Positions 8,849 to 17,354 of a stretch of DNA of 64,000 bases are shown here, in pieces. Below the pieces are notes generated by a model, which was not told where the DNA came from, ran no database searches, and saw nothing but the letters and a program-made list of their open reading frames with translations. The position numbers and the translations under genes are program-made. The DNA is taken from NCBI GenBank assembly GCA_041485445.1, contig JBGPJN010000001.1, positions 11,221 to 75,220 of the forward strand, given 5' to 3'. Each line of letters opens with the position of its first letter. The first letter of the stretch is position 1. The stretch comes from Dehalococcoidia bacterium. Its GTDB lineage: Bacteria; Chloroflexota; Dehalococcoidia; Lucifugimonadales; UBA3495.

Positions 8849-10195
8849 TCAGTTACCTTTCGGGGGGCGCTCCGGGCTCGTAGTGCGGTCAGCGTCCTGC
8901 CCCCAGAGGGGATGCTGGAAAGTGGGCGCCAGCGCCGGGTGAACTACCTTAGGCTGTGGGCGTGGTGTAGCTAGGTATTCCACCTGGTCGGGAGGGGATG
9001 GTTGCCGGTGGCGGGCCGGACCCCGGCGCGGGCCCAGCTGATTCAGGCGGCGGGCAAGGGCACTTAGGCTGTTCAAATTGTGCACCGGCAGAAAATCGTC
9101 CACGTGGGGCAAGGCCGCCCGCATCCCCCTTGTGAGCGGCTGGTACTCTGGTGACGCCAGCAGCGGGTTCAGCCAGATAAGGCGATGACAACTCCGCCGC
9201 AGCCGCTCCATCTCTTGGCCCAACAGTTCCGGTTCGCCCCGGTCCCAGCCGTCGGAGATTACCAGCACCACGGCCCCCCCTCCCAGCACCCGGCGCGCCC
9301 AGCGAAAGTTGAAGGTCTTCACTGCCTCGCCGATGCGAGTGCCCCCCGCCCAATCCGGCACGGCCTTGGACACCTCACTAACGGCTTGGTCAACGCTGCG
9401 GTGGCCCAGATGACGCGTGATGCGGGTAAGCCGGGTGGCGAAGAGAAAGGCCTCAACCCGGTCGAGACCCCTGGCGACGGTGTGGATGAAATGGAGCAGC
9501 ATACGGGTATACTGCTCCATGGAGCCGCTTACGTCGCAAAGTAGCACCAGGGTTCGGGGCTTGTCTTTGGTCCGCCGATGCGCCAACTCCAGCCACTCGC
9601 CGCCGTATTTGAGGTTGCGGCGCATGGTGCCCCGCAGGTCTAACCAAGCGCCGTCGCCGGCTTCCCGCCGCCGGGTGCGCCGCCGGCCCAGTTCCCAGGC
9701 CAGCTCCGCCATCATGTGCCTGGCCTCACCGATCTCGGCGACGGTATAGTCGGCAAAGTCCTTAGCTCGCAGGACCTCCTGAGGGCTGTAGCCGTAGCTC
9801 AGGTCGACTCGGTCAGCCGTGGGGTCGGCGCCCTCTTGAGCCTGGTTCTCCTGGCCCACAGCCCCGGGAGGCATTATCTGGGGCTTACGATAACGCCGCT
9901 GCTCACCCATGGAGCGCAGGTCCATGGCGGTTCGGTCGGTGGCGGGTCGCCGCCAGAAAACCTGGAACGCTTCGTCGAAGATGGGGAGGTCCTCCTTCCG
10001 GTGCACCAGCAGGCAGCGGGCCGCTTGGCGGAACTCTTCCCTGCGGCCGATGGCCAACTGCTCCGTGGCCCGCACCAGCTCCAGCATGTTGTCGGAGCTC
10101 ACCTCCAAGCCCGCCCTGCGCAGAACCTGGCCAAATAGCATCAGGTTACGCAAGATGTGGCCAGGGGCCCCGCCATCGCCGGATTGGGTGGTCAC
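8849..10195 (-). CDS. coxE: VWA domain protein, CoxE-like
   Basis: The N-terminus LRNLMLFGQVLRRAGLEV and a C-terminal VWA/MIDAS-like DVSGSM are typical of CoxE. Its start overlaps the coxD stop by 4 nt. Confidence 0.85.
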   Translation of the reverse strand: MTTQSGDGGAPGHILRNLMLFGQVLRRAGLEVSSDNMLELVRATEQLAIGRREEFRQAARCLLVHRKEDLPIFDEAFQVFWRRPATDRTAMDLRSMGEQRRYRKPQIMPPGAVGQENQAQEGADPTADRVDLSYGYSPQEVLRAKDFADYTVAEIGEARHMMAELAWELGRRRTRRREAGDGAWLDLRGTMRRNLKYGGEWLELAHRRTKDKPRTLVLLCDVSGSMEQYTRMLLHFIHTVARGLDRVEAFLFATRLTRITRHLGHRSVDQAVSEVSKAVPDWAGGTRIGEAVKTFNFRWARRVLGGGAVVLVISDGWDRGEPELLGQEMERLRRSCHRLIWLNPLLASPEYQPLTRGMRAALPHVDDFLPVHNLNSLSALARRLNQLGPRRGPARHRQPSPPDQVEYLATPRPQPKVVHPALAPTFQHPLWGQDADRTTSPERPPKGN

Positions 10196-11139
10196 GGCGC
10201 CGTGCCGCCGCCCCCGCCACGCCCACCCCGCTGGGGCCCGCGATTCCGAGAACGGTCCAGCATGGCTCGCACCGGTTCGCCTCGCACCAGGGCAATGTCG
10301 TCCTGGTACTTGAGCATGATGCCCAGGGTGTCGTCAATGACCTGGGGGTCTAGCGCAGTCTGGTTCAGGGCCAGTAAGGCCGCGGTCCAGTCCAAAGTCT
10401 CGGAGACACCAGGGACCTTGTAAAGCTCGGTCTGGCGCAGCTCCTGGATGAAACTGGTCACCTGCTCCGCCAGCCGCCGCGGCGCCTGGGGCATCCGGGT
10501 GGTGACGATTTGCAGTTCCTTCTGAAAGTCGGGGTAGTCAATCCAGTAGTATAGGCAGCGGCGCTTCAGGGCGTCGTGGACTTCACGGGTGCGGTTGGAG
10601 GTGATGATGACAATGGGCGGATGGGCCGCCCGGAAGGTGCCCAACTCCGGGATAGTGATCTGATAATCGGACAGCAGCTCCAGCAAGAAGCCCTCGAACT
10701 CTTCGTCGGCCCGGTCCAACTCGTCGATGAGCAGCACCGCAGGGCGGTCCCGGCTCTGGTCAATGGCCTGGAGCAGCGGTCGTTTGATGAGGAACCTTTC
10801 GCTGAACAGATCAGCGCCGGCGGTCTGCCGGTCCACGCGGCCCCCGGCCTCCATGAGCCGGATCTCCAGGATCTGGCGGGCATGGTCCCACTCGTACACG
10901 GCGTGGTTGATGTCCAGACCTTCATAGCACTGCAGGCGGATGAGCTGGGTGTTGAGACCACGGGCCAGCGCCCGGGCGATCTCGGTCTTGCCGACGCCGG
11001 CCTCCCCCTCCAGGAAGAGGGGCCGCTGGAGCTGAAGGGCCAGAAAGATGGCCACGGCCAAGCCGCGGTCAGAGATGTAGAGTTGCCCGCGTAGCAGGTC
11101 CTGGACCGCTTCGATGGAGGCAGGAGTGGTGGTGGTCAC
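10192..11139 (-). CDS. coxD: MoxR-type AAA+ ATPase, CoxD-like
   Basis: It has the Walker A GEAGVGKT and Walker B LLIDELD, and the 315 aa length is typical of MoxR/CoxD. It is coupled to the VWA partner. Confidence 0.9.
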   Translation of the reverse strand: MTTTTPASIEAVQDLLRGQLYISDRGLAVAIFLALQLQRPLFLEGEAGVGKTEIARALARGLNTQLIRLQCYEGLDINHAVYEWDHARQILEIRLMEAGGRVDRQTAGADLFSERFLIKRPLLQAIDQSRDRPAVLLIDELDRADEEFEGFLLELLSDYQITIPELGTFRAAHPPIVIITSNRTREVHDALKRRCLYYWIDYPDFQKELQIVTTRMPQAPRRLAEQVTSFIQELRQTELYKVPGVSETLDWTAALLALNQTALDPQVIDDTLGIMLKYQDDIALVRGEPVRAMLDRSRNRGPQRGGRGGGGGTAP

Positions 11140-11148
11140 GGCCTGGCT

Positions 11149-12039
11149 TTAATGGTGGGCCAAGCCCGCGGCGTGGTAAATAGCGTGCTTGACCTCCACC
11201 GGGGCCACTGCCCGGCGGTACTCCGCTGAGGCGTAGACGTCTCCCAGCACGTCACTACCCAGGTCTCGAGCCACATGAGCTGCTGCGGCGCCAATGGTTT
11301 CCAGAGTCAGTTGCTGGCCTCGCAAGGCGTTCTCCACCGAGGTGGCCCGCACGGGACGCGGCACCAAGCCGCCCACAACGATGCTGGCCTCGGTACACCG
11401 GTTACCAGACACAGTGAGGACCGCCGCAGCGCTGACTATCGGCGAAAAGGTGGCTGGGTGGGCCATCTTGGCATAGGCGGTGCGATGGTTGGGGCTGAGC
11501 ACCGGCACCTCAATGTCCACCAAGATCTCTTCCTCCCCAAGGTCGGTGACCAAGACATCCTTAAAAAAGCCGGCGGCGGAAATGGTGCGGCGCCCGCCGC
11601 TGCCCTGGGCCACAAATCGGGCGTTGAGGGCGGTCAGTGCGGCAGGCCAATCGGAGGACGGATCGGCGTGGGACACGTTGCCGCCGATGGTCCCACGGTT
11701 GCGCACCTGCGGATCGCCAATCTCCCCGGCGGCCTCGGTTAGCAAAGGACACGCACGGCCCAGTTGCTCTGAAGAAGCAATGGCGTGGTGAGTGGTCAGC
11801 GGGCCGATGTGGATGACGCCGTTGCGGACGCCGACTCCCTTTAGCTCGGTTAAACCTCCGATGTCCACCAGCGCGGTAGGCCGGGCCAGGCGCAGCTTCA
11901 TCATTGGAAGCAAGCTGTGGCCGCCGGCTAGCAGCTTGGCTCCCTGATGGGAGCGCAGCGACTGGATAGCCTCCGCCACTGAGCTAACTTTGTAGTAATC
12001 GAACCCGGAAGCGAACATGCCTTCTCCTACTACCCTCAT
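11149..12039 (-). CDS. coxM: molybdoenzyme FAD-binding medium subunit (CoxM-like)
   Basis: FDYYKVSSVAEAI...LLAGGHSLLPMMKLR is the FAD-binding motif of the xanthine dehydrogenase/CODH family. The start may be the internal MFASGF at 12018. Confidence 0.9.
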   Translation of the reverse strand: MRVVGEGMFASGFDYYKVSSVAEAIQSLRSHQGAKLLAGGHSLLPMMKLRLARPTALVDIGGLTELKGVGVRNGVIHIGPLTTHHAIASSEQLGRACPLLTEAAGEIGDPQVRNRGTIGGNVSHADPSSDWPAALTALNARFVAQGSGGRRTISAAGFFKDVLVTDLGEEEILVDIEVPVLSPNHRTAYAKMAHPATFSPIVSAAAVLTVSGNRCTEASIVVGGLVPRPVRATSVENALRGQQLTLETIGAAAAHVARDLGSDVLGDVYASAEYRRAVAPVEVKHAIYHAAGLAHH

Positions 12040-12117
12040 CCTGACCTACCCCCGCTCAGCGGGAAGGAGCGCTTCCTCCCCCTGATCCGAGGTGGGGAGG
12101 AGCGAGAGTGAACTAGG

Positions 12118-14463
12118 CTAGCCCTGCTGGTGAATAGCTCGCCAAATCCGTTCGGGGGTCAGGGGCATCTGCAAGGTGGTCACGCCCAGAGGTCGCAACG
12201 CGTCCAGCACTGCACTATACACCGCAGGGGTGGAGGCGATGGTGCCGGTTTCGCCAATGCCCTTGACCCCCAAAGGGTTGTGAGGCGAAGGCGTGACTGT
12301 GGAAAAGGTTTCCACGTCCGGGAGCTGATGGGCCCGGGGAAGCGCATAGTTCAGCATGGAGCCGGTGAGGAGCTGGCCGTTTTCGTCATAGACCGCTCCT
12401 TCCCATAGCGCCTGCCCTACTCCCTGCACCACACCACCGTGGACCTGGCCCTCCACCACCATGGGGTTAATTTGTGGCCCGCAGTCGTCCACCGCCACGT
12501 ACCGGGTCAGCTCAATATGGCCGTTGTCCGGGTCAACCATCACCACCGCCACATGGGCGCCGAAGGGAAAGGTGAAGTTTGGCGGGTCGTAGAAGGTGGT
12601 GGCCTCCAGCCCCGGCTCCATGCCCGGAGGCATGTTCCAGGCCACGTTGGCCATCAGGGCAATGTCCTGAATGGTCTTGCTCCGGTTAGGGGAGCCGCGG
12701 ACAAAGAATTTGCCATCGGCGTAGTCCACGTCCGCCTCCGCGGCCTCCAGCAGGTGGGCCGCCAGGATGCGGCCCTTCTCCTTGATCTTGCGGGCGCTCA
12801 AGGCAACCGCCGCTCCGCTGACCACAGTAGTGCGGCTACCGTAGGTGCCCCAGCCCATGGGAGTGTTATCGGTATCGCCGTGGATAACTTCCACGTCGTC
12901 CACGGGCACGCCTAACTCGTCGGACATGATCTGGGCAAAGGTGGTCTCCTCTCCCTGGCCATGAGGGGAGGTGCCGATGAAGACGTTGACCTTGCCGGTG
13001 GGATAGAAGCGCACGATGGCGCCCTCCCACAGGCCGCCGCCGAAGCCCACCGCGCCGGCCACCTGGGAGGGCCCGAGGCCACAGATTTCGCAGTAGCAGG
13101 TGACGCCGATGCCCATGTACTTGCCCTGCTGCCGCAACGCCTGTTGCTCCCGGCGCAGCTGGGCGTAGCCTGACCGGTTGAGGGCCATGTCCAGCGCTTT
13201 GGAGTAGTCGCCGCTGTCGTACTTCAGGCCGATGGCCACGTCGTAGCCGTTGTCGAACTTGGGGATGAGGTTGCGGCGGCGGACCTCCACGGGGTCCAGA
13301 CCCAACTCCACGGCCAGCAGGTCAATCATGCGTTCCAGCAGGAAGGTGGCTTCCGGGCGCCCGGCCCCCCGGTAGGCGTCCACCGGGGTGGTGTTGGTGA
13401 ACACCCCATACACGTCGGCACGGATGTTGGGGATGGCGTAAGGTCCGGAGTACATCAGCCCGTGGAGGATAGTGGGGATCCCCGGGCCCGCGGTGGATAG
13501 ATACGCACCCATGCCGGCGTAGACGGTGGCCCGAACGCCAGTGATTTTGCCCTGCCGGGTGGCCGCCATCTCCACGTGTTCAATGTGGTCCCGGCCGTGG
13601 GTGGTGGACCGGTAGTTTTCCGTGCGCGTCTCGGTCCACTTCACCGGGCGGCCCAGCTTCATGGCGCAGAAGACCGTGATCATCTCCCATGGGTACATGG
13701 CGATTTTACCGCCAAAGCCCCCACCCACTTCTGGGGCGATGACACGTATCTTGTGCTCCGGCACCCCGGTGACCAGGGAGCAGAGGAACCGGGCAATATG
13801 CGGGTTCTGGGTGGAGTTCCACAGGGTCAACTCCCCCATGGGCGCCAGCCAAGAGGCCACGGCGGAGCGGGGCTCCAGGGCGTTGGGGATAAGCCGCTGC
13901 TGGACGATGGTCTCGCGGACCACCACCTCCGCCGAGTTGAAGGCGGTATCCACGTTGCCGCCCGATGCAACCCAGTGGAACGCCTGGTTGTTGGGCGCTT
14001 CGGCATGAAGCTGGGGGGCGCCCGGCCCCAACGCCGCCTCCGGGTTGACCACTGCGGGCAGGAGGTCGAAATCTACTTCGATCAGCTCCAGGGCGTCCTC
14101 CGCCTGGTAGCGGGTCTCCGCTACCACTACCGCCACGGCCTCCCCGGCGTAGCGCACCACGTCCGTGGCCATGGCCGCATAGGGGACCTGCTTCACGTCG
14201 GCGTTGGGGACCACCCATGCGCAGGGGATGGGCTTGAGGACCCCATCGGTATCGGCGCCGGTGTAGACCGCCAGCACCCCAGGGGCTGCGCGAGCGATGG
14301 AGGTGTCAATGCTGCGGATACGGGCGTGGGCGTAGGGGCTGCGCCGGATGGCGGCGTGCACCAGCCCTGGCAGCTTGATGTCGTCAGTGTAGGTGGCCCG
14401 GCCGGTAATCAGCCGAGGGTCTTCCCGGCGCCGAATTCCGGACCCGAAGATTCTGGTAGTCAC
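12118..14463 (-). CDS. coxL: molybdopterin large subunit, form II CoxL-like (AYRGAGR active-site loop)
   Basis: It is a 781 aa member of the xanthine dehydrogenase family. The active-site loop reads VDAYRGAGRPEA, not the form I VAYxCSFR. Confidence 0.9.
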   Translation of the reverse strand: MTTRIFGSGIRRREDPRLITGRATYTDDIKLPGLVHAAIRRSPYAHARIRSIDTSIARAAPGVLAVYTGADTDGVLKPIPCAWVVPNADVKQVPYAAMATDVVRYAGEAVAVVVAETRYQAEDALELIEVDFDLLPAVVNPEAALGPGAPQLHAEAPNNQAFHWVASGGNVDTAFNSAEVVVRETIVQQRLIPNALEPRSAVASWLAPMGELTLWNSTQNPHIARFLCSLVTGVPEHKIRVIAPEVGGGFGGKIAMYPWEMITVFCAMKLGRPVKWTETRTENYRSTTHGRDHIEHVEMAATRQGKITGVRATVYAGMGAYLSTAGPGIPTILHGLMYSGPYAIPNIRADVYGVFTNTTPVDAYRGAGRPEATFLLERMIDLLAVELGLDPVEVRRRNLIPKFDNGYDVAIGLKYDSGDYSKALDMALNRSGYAQLRREQQALRQQGKYMGIGVTCYCEICGLGPSQVAGAVGFGGGLWEGAIVRFYPTGKVNVFIGTSPHGQGEETTFAQIMSDELGVPVDDVEVIHGDTDNTPMGWGTYGSRTTVVSGAAVALSARKIKEKGRILAAHLLEAAEADVDYADGKFFVRGSPNRSKTIQDIALMANVAWNMPPGMEPGLEATTFYDPPNFTFPFGAHVAVVMVDPDNGHIELTRYVAVDDCGPQINPMVVEGQVHGGVVQGVGQALWEGAVYDENGQLLTGSMLNYALPRAHQLPDVETFSTVTPSPHNPLGVKGIGETGTIASTPAVYSAVLDALRPLGVTTLQMPLTPERIWRAIHQQG

Positions 14464-14549
14464 GGATTACCTCCTGCGGGAGATCCACTTTGCGCAACAG
14501 GGGCAACGGGACTTCATTCCTGACGAACCGCAACCAAATGGAGAAGCTC

Positions 14550-15020
14550 TTAGCCTCCCATCGCTTCGGCAGCCGCGAGGGTAGCCCGCACAATGTTCTG
14601 GTATCCGGTGCAGCGACAGATGTTGCCCTTGAGTCCCCGCCTTACTTCATCGGCGGTGGGCTTGGGGTTGCGCTGCAACAGTTCCACCACCGTAAGTATC
14701 ATGCCGGCAGTGCAGTAACCGCATTGCAGTCCATGCTTATTCCAAAAGGCTTCCTGCACCGGGTGCAACTGGCCGGAAGGCGCCAAACCCTCAATGGTGG
14801 TGATGCCTGCCCCGTCGGCCTGCACCGCCAGGCAGGTGCATGACTTGACCGTAACACCATCCATCAGCACCACGCAGGCGCCGCACTGGCTGGTATCGCA
14901 ACCTACCTTAGTGCCGGTGAGGCCCACTATATCTCGGAGGAAGTGCACCAGGAGCAGACGAGGTTCCACCTGGGCTTGGTACTCTTTGCCGTTGACCGTG
15001 AGCTGAATGGGAGTAGTCAC
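14550..15020 (-). CDS. coxS: [2Fe-2S] small subunit (CoxS-like)
   Basis: [15 protein letters not shown] and [14 protein letters not shown] are the two Fe-S cluster motifs. The protein is 156 aa. Confidence 0.9.
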   Translation of the reverse strand: MTTPIQLTVNGKEYQAQVEPRLLLVHFLRDIVGLTGTKVGCDTSQCGACVVLMDGVTVKSCTCLAVQADGAGITTIEGLAPSGQLHPVQEAFWNKHGLQCGYCTAGMILTVVELLQRNPKPTADEVRRGLKGNICRCTGYQNIVRATLAAAEAMGG

Positions 15021-15108
15021 ATGTCCACCTCCCGGTAAGGTTGGCCCGCAGTCAAGGACTCTGAAGCTACGAAGGTTTAGTGTGCTTAAGGCCCTGCTTG
15101 ACGTTGGG

Positions 15109-15137
15109 AGTATAGCCCTGGGGGATTACCCAGTCAA
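15109..15137 (-). promoter_or_regulatory. candidate sigma70 promoter of the coxSLMDE-like operon (TTGACT-N17-TATACT)
   Basis: On the minus strand, TTGACT (15137-15132), a 17-nt spacer and TATACT (15114-15109) lie about 90 nt upstream of the coxS ATG. Confidence 0.5.
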
Positions 15138-15369
15138 TCAACTTCCCCACTACCCCGTGACATGAGATGCCATCGGTCCACCGTGGGATTGCCATCCTCA
15201 AGAAACAGGGTAGTTGGGGAAGTGGCACGGCCAATAAAGGCGACGCGGTGCCCAGGAGAACAAGTGTCCCGCCAAGGACTTTGCAGGTCTGAGTAGGCTG
15301 GCTTGAGCCTCGGGGCGGAGGGATAACGGATAACGAAGGTAAGTGTTGGCAGTTAGACTCGGAAGATCC

Positions 15370-16083
15370 TCACGGTTTAAGGGCGCCGTCGGCCAGCTCT
15401 ACCTGGCGGCTGCTCATCTCCGCCAAGGCCAAGTCATGGGTCGCCACCACCACCGTTACCCCCCGCTCCCGGGCAATATCCCGTAGCAGGGTGGCAATGG
15501 ACATGGCGGTGAGGGTGTCCAGCTCACCCGTGGGTTCATCAGCAAAGAGCACCTCGGGGGAGATTACCAGGGCCCGTGCGATGGACACCCGTTGCTGCTC
15601 CCCTCCGGAAAGCTCGTAAGGCCGGTGCCGCGCCCGCGCTCCCAGCCCCACCAACCCCAGTGCTTCCAGGACCCGCCGCCGCCGCTCCCGCCGGGGCACT
15701 CCCCGGATGTGCAGCGGAAGCTCCACATTTTCGTCCGCCGACAGCAGCGGGAGTAGGCCGAAGGACTGGAAGATGAACCCTATCTGGCCGCGGCGCATCG
15801 CCACCAACTCCGCCTCGGAGAAGGCGTTCAGGTTGCGGCCCCCGAAGAACACCTGCCCCGACGTGGGGCGGTCCAGCCCGGCCAGCAGATTCAGCAGGGT
15901 GGTCTTGCCCGAGCCCGAGCGTCCCATTACTGCTAAGAACTCCCCTGTGAGGACGTCCAGGTCAATGCCACGCACCGCGGTGACCGCTTGGCCACCCGAT
16001 CCGAACACTCGGGTCAAGCCCCGAGCGGAAATGTGGAGCGCGCTGGCCGGGGCGGTTTCCTGCGCGGCACGGGACTCAATCAT
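15370..16083 (-). CDS. ABC transporter ATP-binding protein (MacB/LolD-type)
   Basis: It has the Walker A GRSGSGKTT, the signature LSGGEQQR and Walker [13 protein letters not shown] chose the start at MIESR, which has an AGGAAG SD; the ORF track extends to 16146. Confidence 0.85.
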   Translation of the reverse strand: MIESRAAQETAPASALHISARGLTRVFGSGGQAVTAVRGIDLDVLTGEFLAVMGRSGSGKTTLLNLLAGLDRPTSGQVFFGGRNLNAFSEAELVAMRRGQIGFIFQSFGLLPLLSADENVELPLHIRGVPRRERRRRVLEALGLVGLGARARHRPYELSGGEQQRVSIARALVISPEVLFADEPTGELDTLTAMSIATLLRDIARERGVTVVVATHDLALAEMSSRQVELADGALKP

Positions 16084-16192
16084 GGCTTCCTGGCGCGCGC
16101 ATGGCGTCCTGGCGCGCGCCCCTGGCCGCGGCGGCGTGTTGGGCATGGAGTCCCTGAAACAATACGCTGCACTCCCACTTTAGGCCAGAGAT

Positions 16193-17245
16193 TCATCGCC
16201 CTTCCCTTTCTTCGGGGCGACCCACGTCCCGGGGTTTGGGTTGCTGCGCGGGACCGATGGTCACCTGGTCCCCATCCAGGTTGGCGCGAACCAACCCCTT
16301 GAGGCGGAGCCGGTCCACGAACTCCCTGGGGAGCTGGAGCCGGCCCACTCGATCTACCACGAGGTACTCCTGATGTACCGCCGCACCGGGCCGCTGGAAG
16401 GTGGCCTGCAGGAAGCTTTCCGAGCTAATGCGGCCATCCCGGATGTGCACCACACGGTCCACGTGCTGGGCCACTCCTGGATAGTGGGTGACCACCACCA
16501 CGGTCACCCGATAAACCCGGTTCAGCTCGCCCAGGAGATCAAAGACCTGAGTTGCGTTCTGAGTGTCCAGCTCGCCCGTGGGCTCGTCGGCCAGCAATAA
16601 GGGAGGCCGGTTAGCCAGGGCCACGCCAATGGCCACTCTCTGCTGCTCTCCGCCGGATAGCTGGCTGGGCAGCCGGCCAGCCTTGTCCTCCAGCTTCAGT
16701 GCCGCCAGCAGTTCTTTGCTGCGCTCCCGCCGCAGGCCCCGGCTCGTCCCGGCAATGGCCATGGGCAGCTCGATGTTGTCTTGGGCGGTGAGGTAAGGCA
16801 CCAGGTTTCTGCCGGTGGCCTGCCAAACAAATCCCACCTCCCGGCGGCGGTACAGGACCAGCTCCCGGTCCGAGATGTTCAGGAGGTCCCGGTCGCCCAC
16901 CTGTACCTGTCCCGCCGAGGGGCGCTCAAGCCCAGCCAGGATATTCAGCAGCGTGCTCTTGCCGCTGCCGCTGGCCCCCACCACCGCAATGAGCCCCCCT
17001 GACTCCACGTCCAGGTCCAAGCCGCGCAGGGCCACCACTTCCAGCTCGGCTCGCTTGTATATCTTGAACAGATCGCGGCACTGGATGTAGGGCCGGGCCT
17101 GCCCGACGGAAGAGGCGTTGTCCGCGCTCTCTCCGGCGGTTAGGCCCGCTTGGGCAGGCGTATAAGCGCCATCTGGCGTTTGGGCCGGCCTCCCTCCGGG
17201 AGCGGCCGGCTTGGGACGGGACCACTGGGGTTCTCTCTGGCTCAC
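16193..17245 (-). CDS. ABC transporter ATP-binding protein with a Pro/Ala-rich N-extension and an AbrB/SpoVT-like C-terminal domain
   Basis: It has [17 protein letters not shown] and [12 protein letters not shown]. The C-terminal [35 protein letters not shown] matches the AbrB/MazE swapped-hairpin pattern VDxxGRvxiPxElRxxLgi. Confidence 0.85.
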   Translation of the reverse strand: MSQREPQWSRPKPAAPGGRPAQTPDGAYTPAQAGLTAGESADNASSVGQARPYIQCRDLFKIYKRAELEVVALRGLDLDVESGGLIAVVGASGSGKSTLLNILAGLERPSAGQVQVGDRDLLNISDRELVLYRRREVGFVWQATGRNLVPYLTAQDNIELPMAIAGTSRGLRRERSKELLAALKLEDKAGRLPSQLSGGEQQRVAIGVALANRPPLLLADEPTGELDTQNATQVFDLLGELNRVYRVTVVVVTHYPGVAQHVDRVVHIRDGRISSESFLQATFQRPGAAVHQEYLVVDRVGRLQLPREFVDRLRLKGLVRANLDGDQVTIGPAQQPKPRDVGRPEEREGR

Positions 17246-17354
17246 GCCACGCTCCGTTAAGTTACTTGAGATTTCCCTCCCCTTACCAAGGGGAGGTTAG
17301 AACCTGCCCTGAGCGCAGCGGGAGGGGGTCGTTCCCCCCTGGGGTAAGTGCGCG

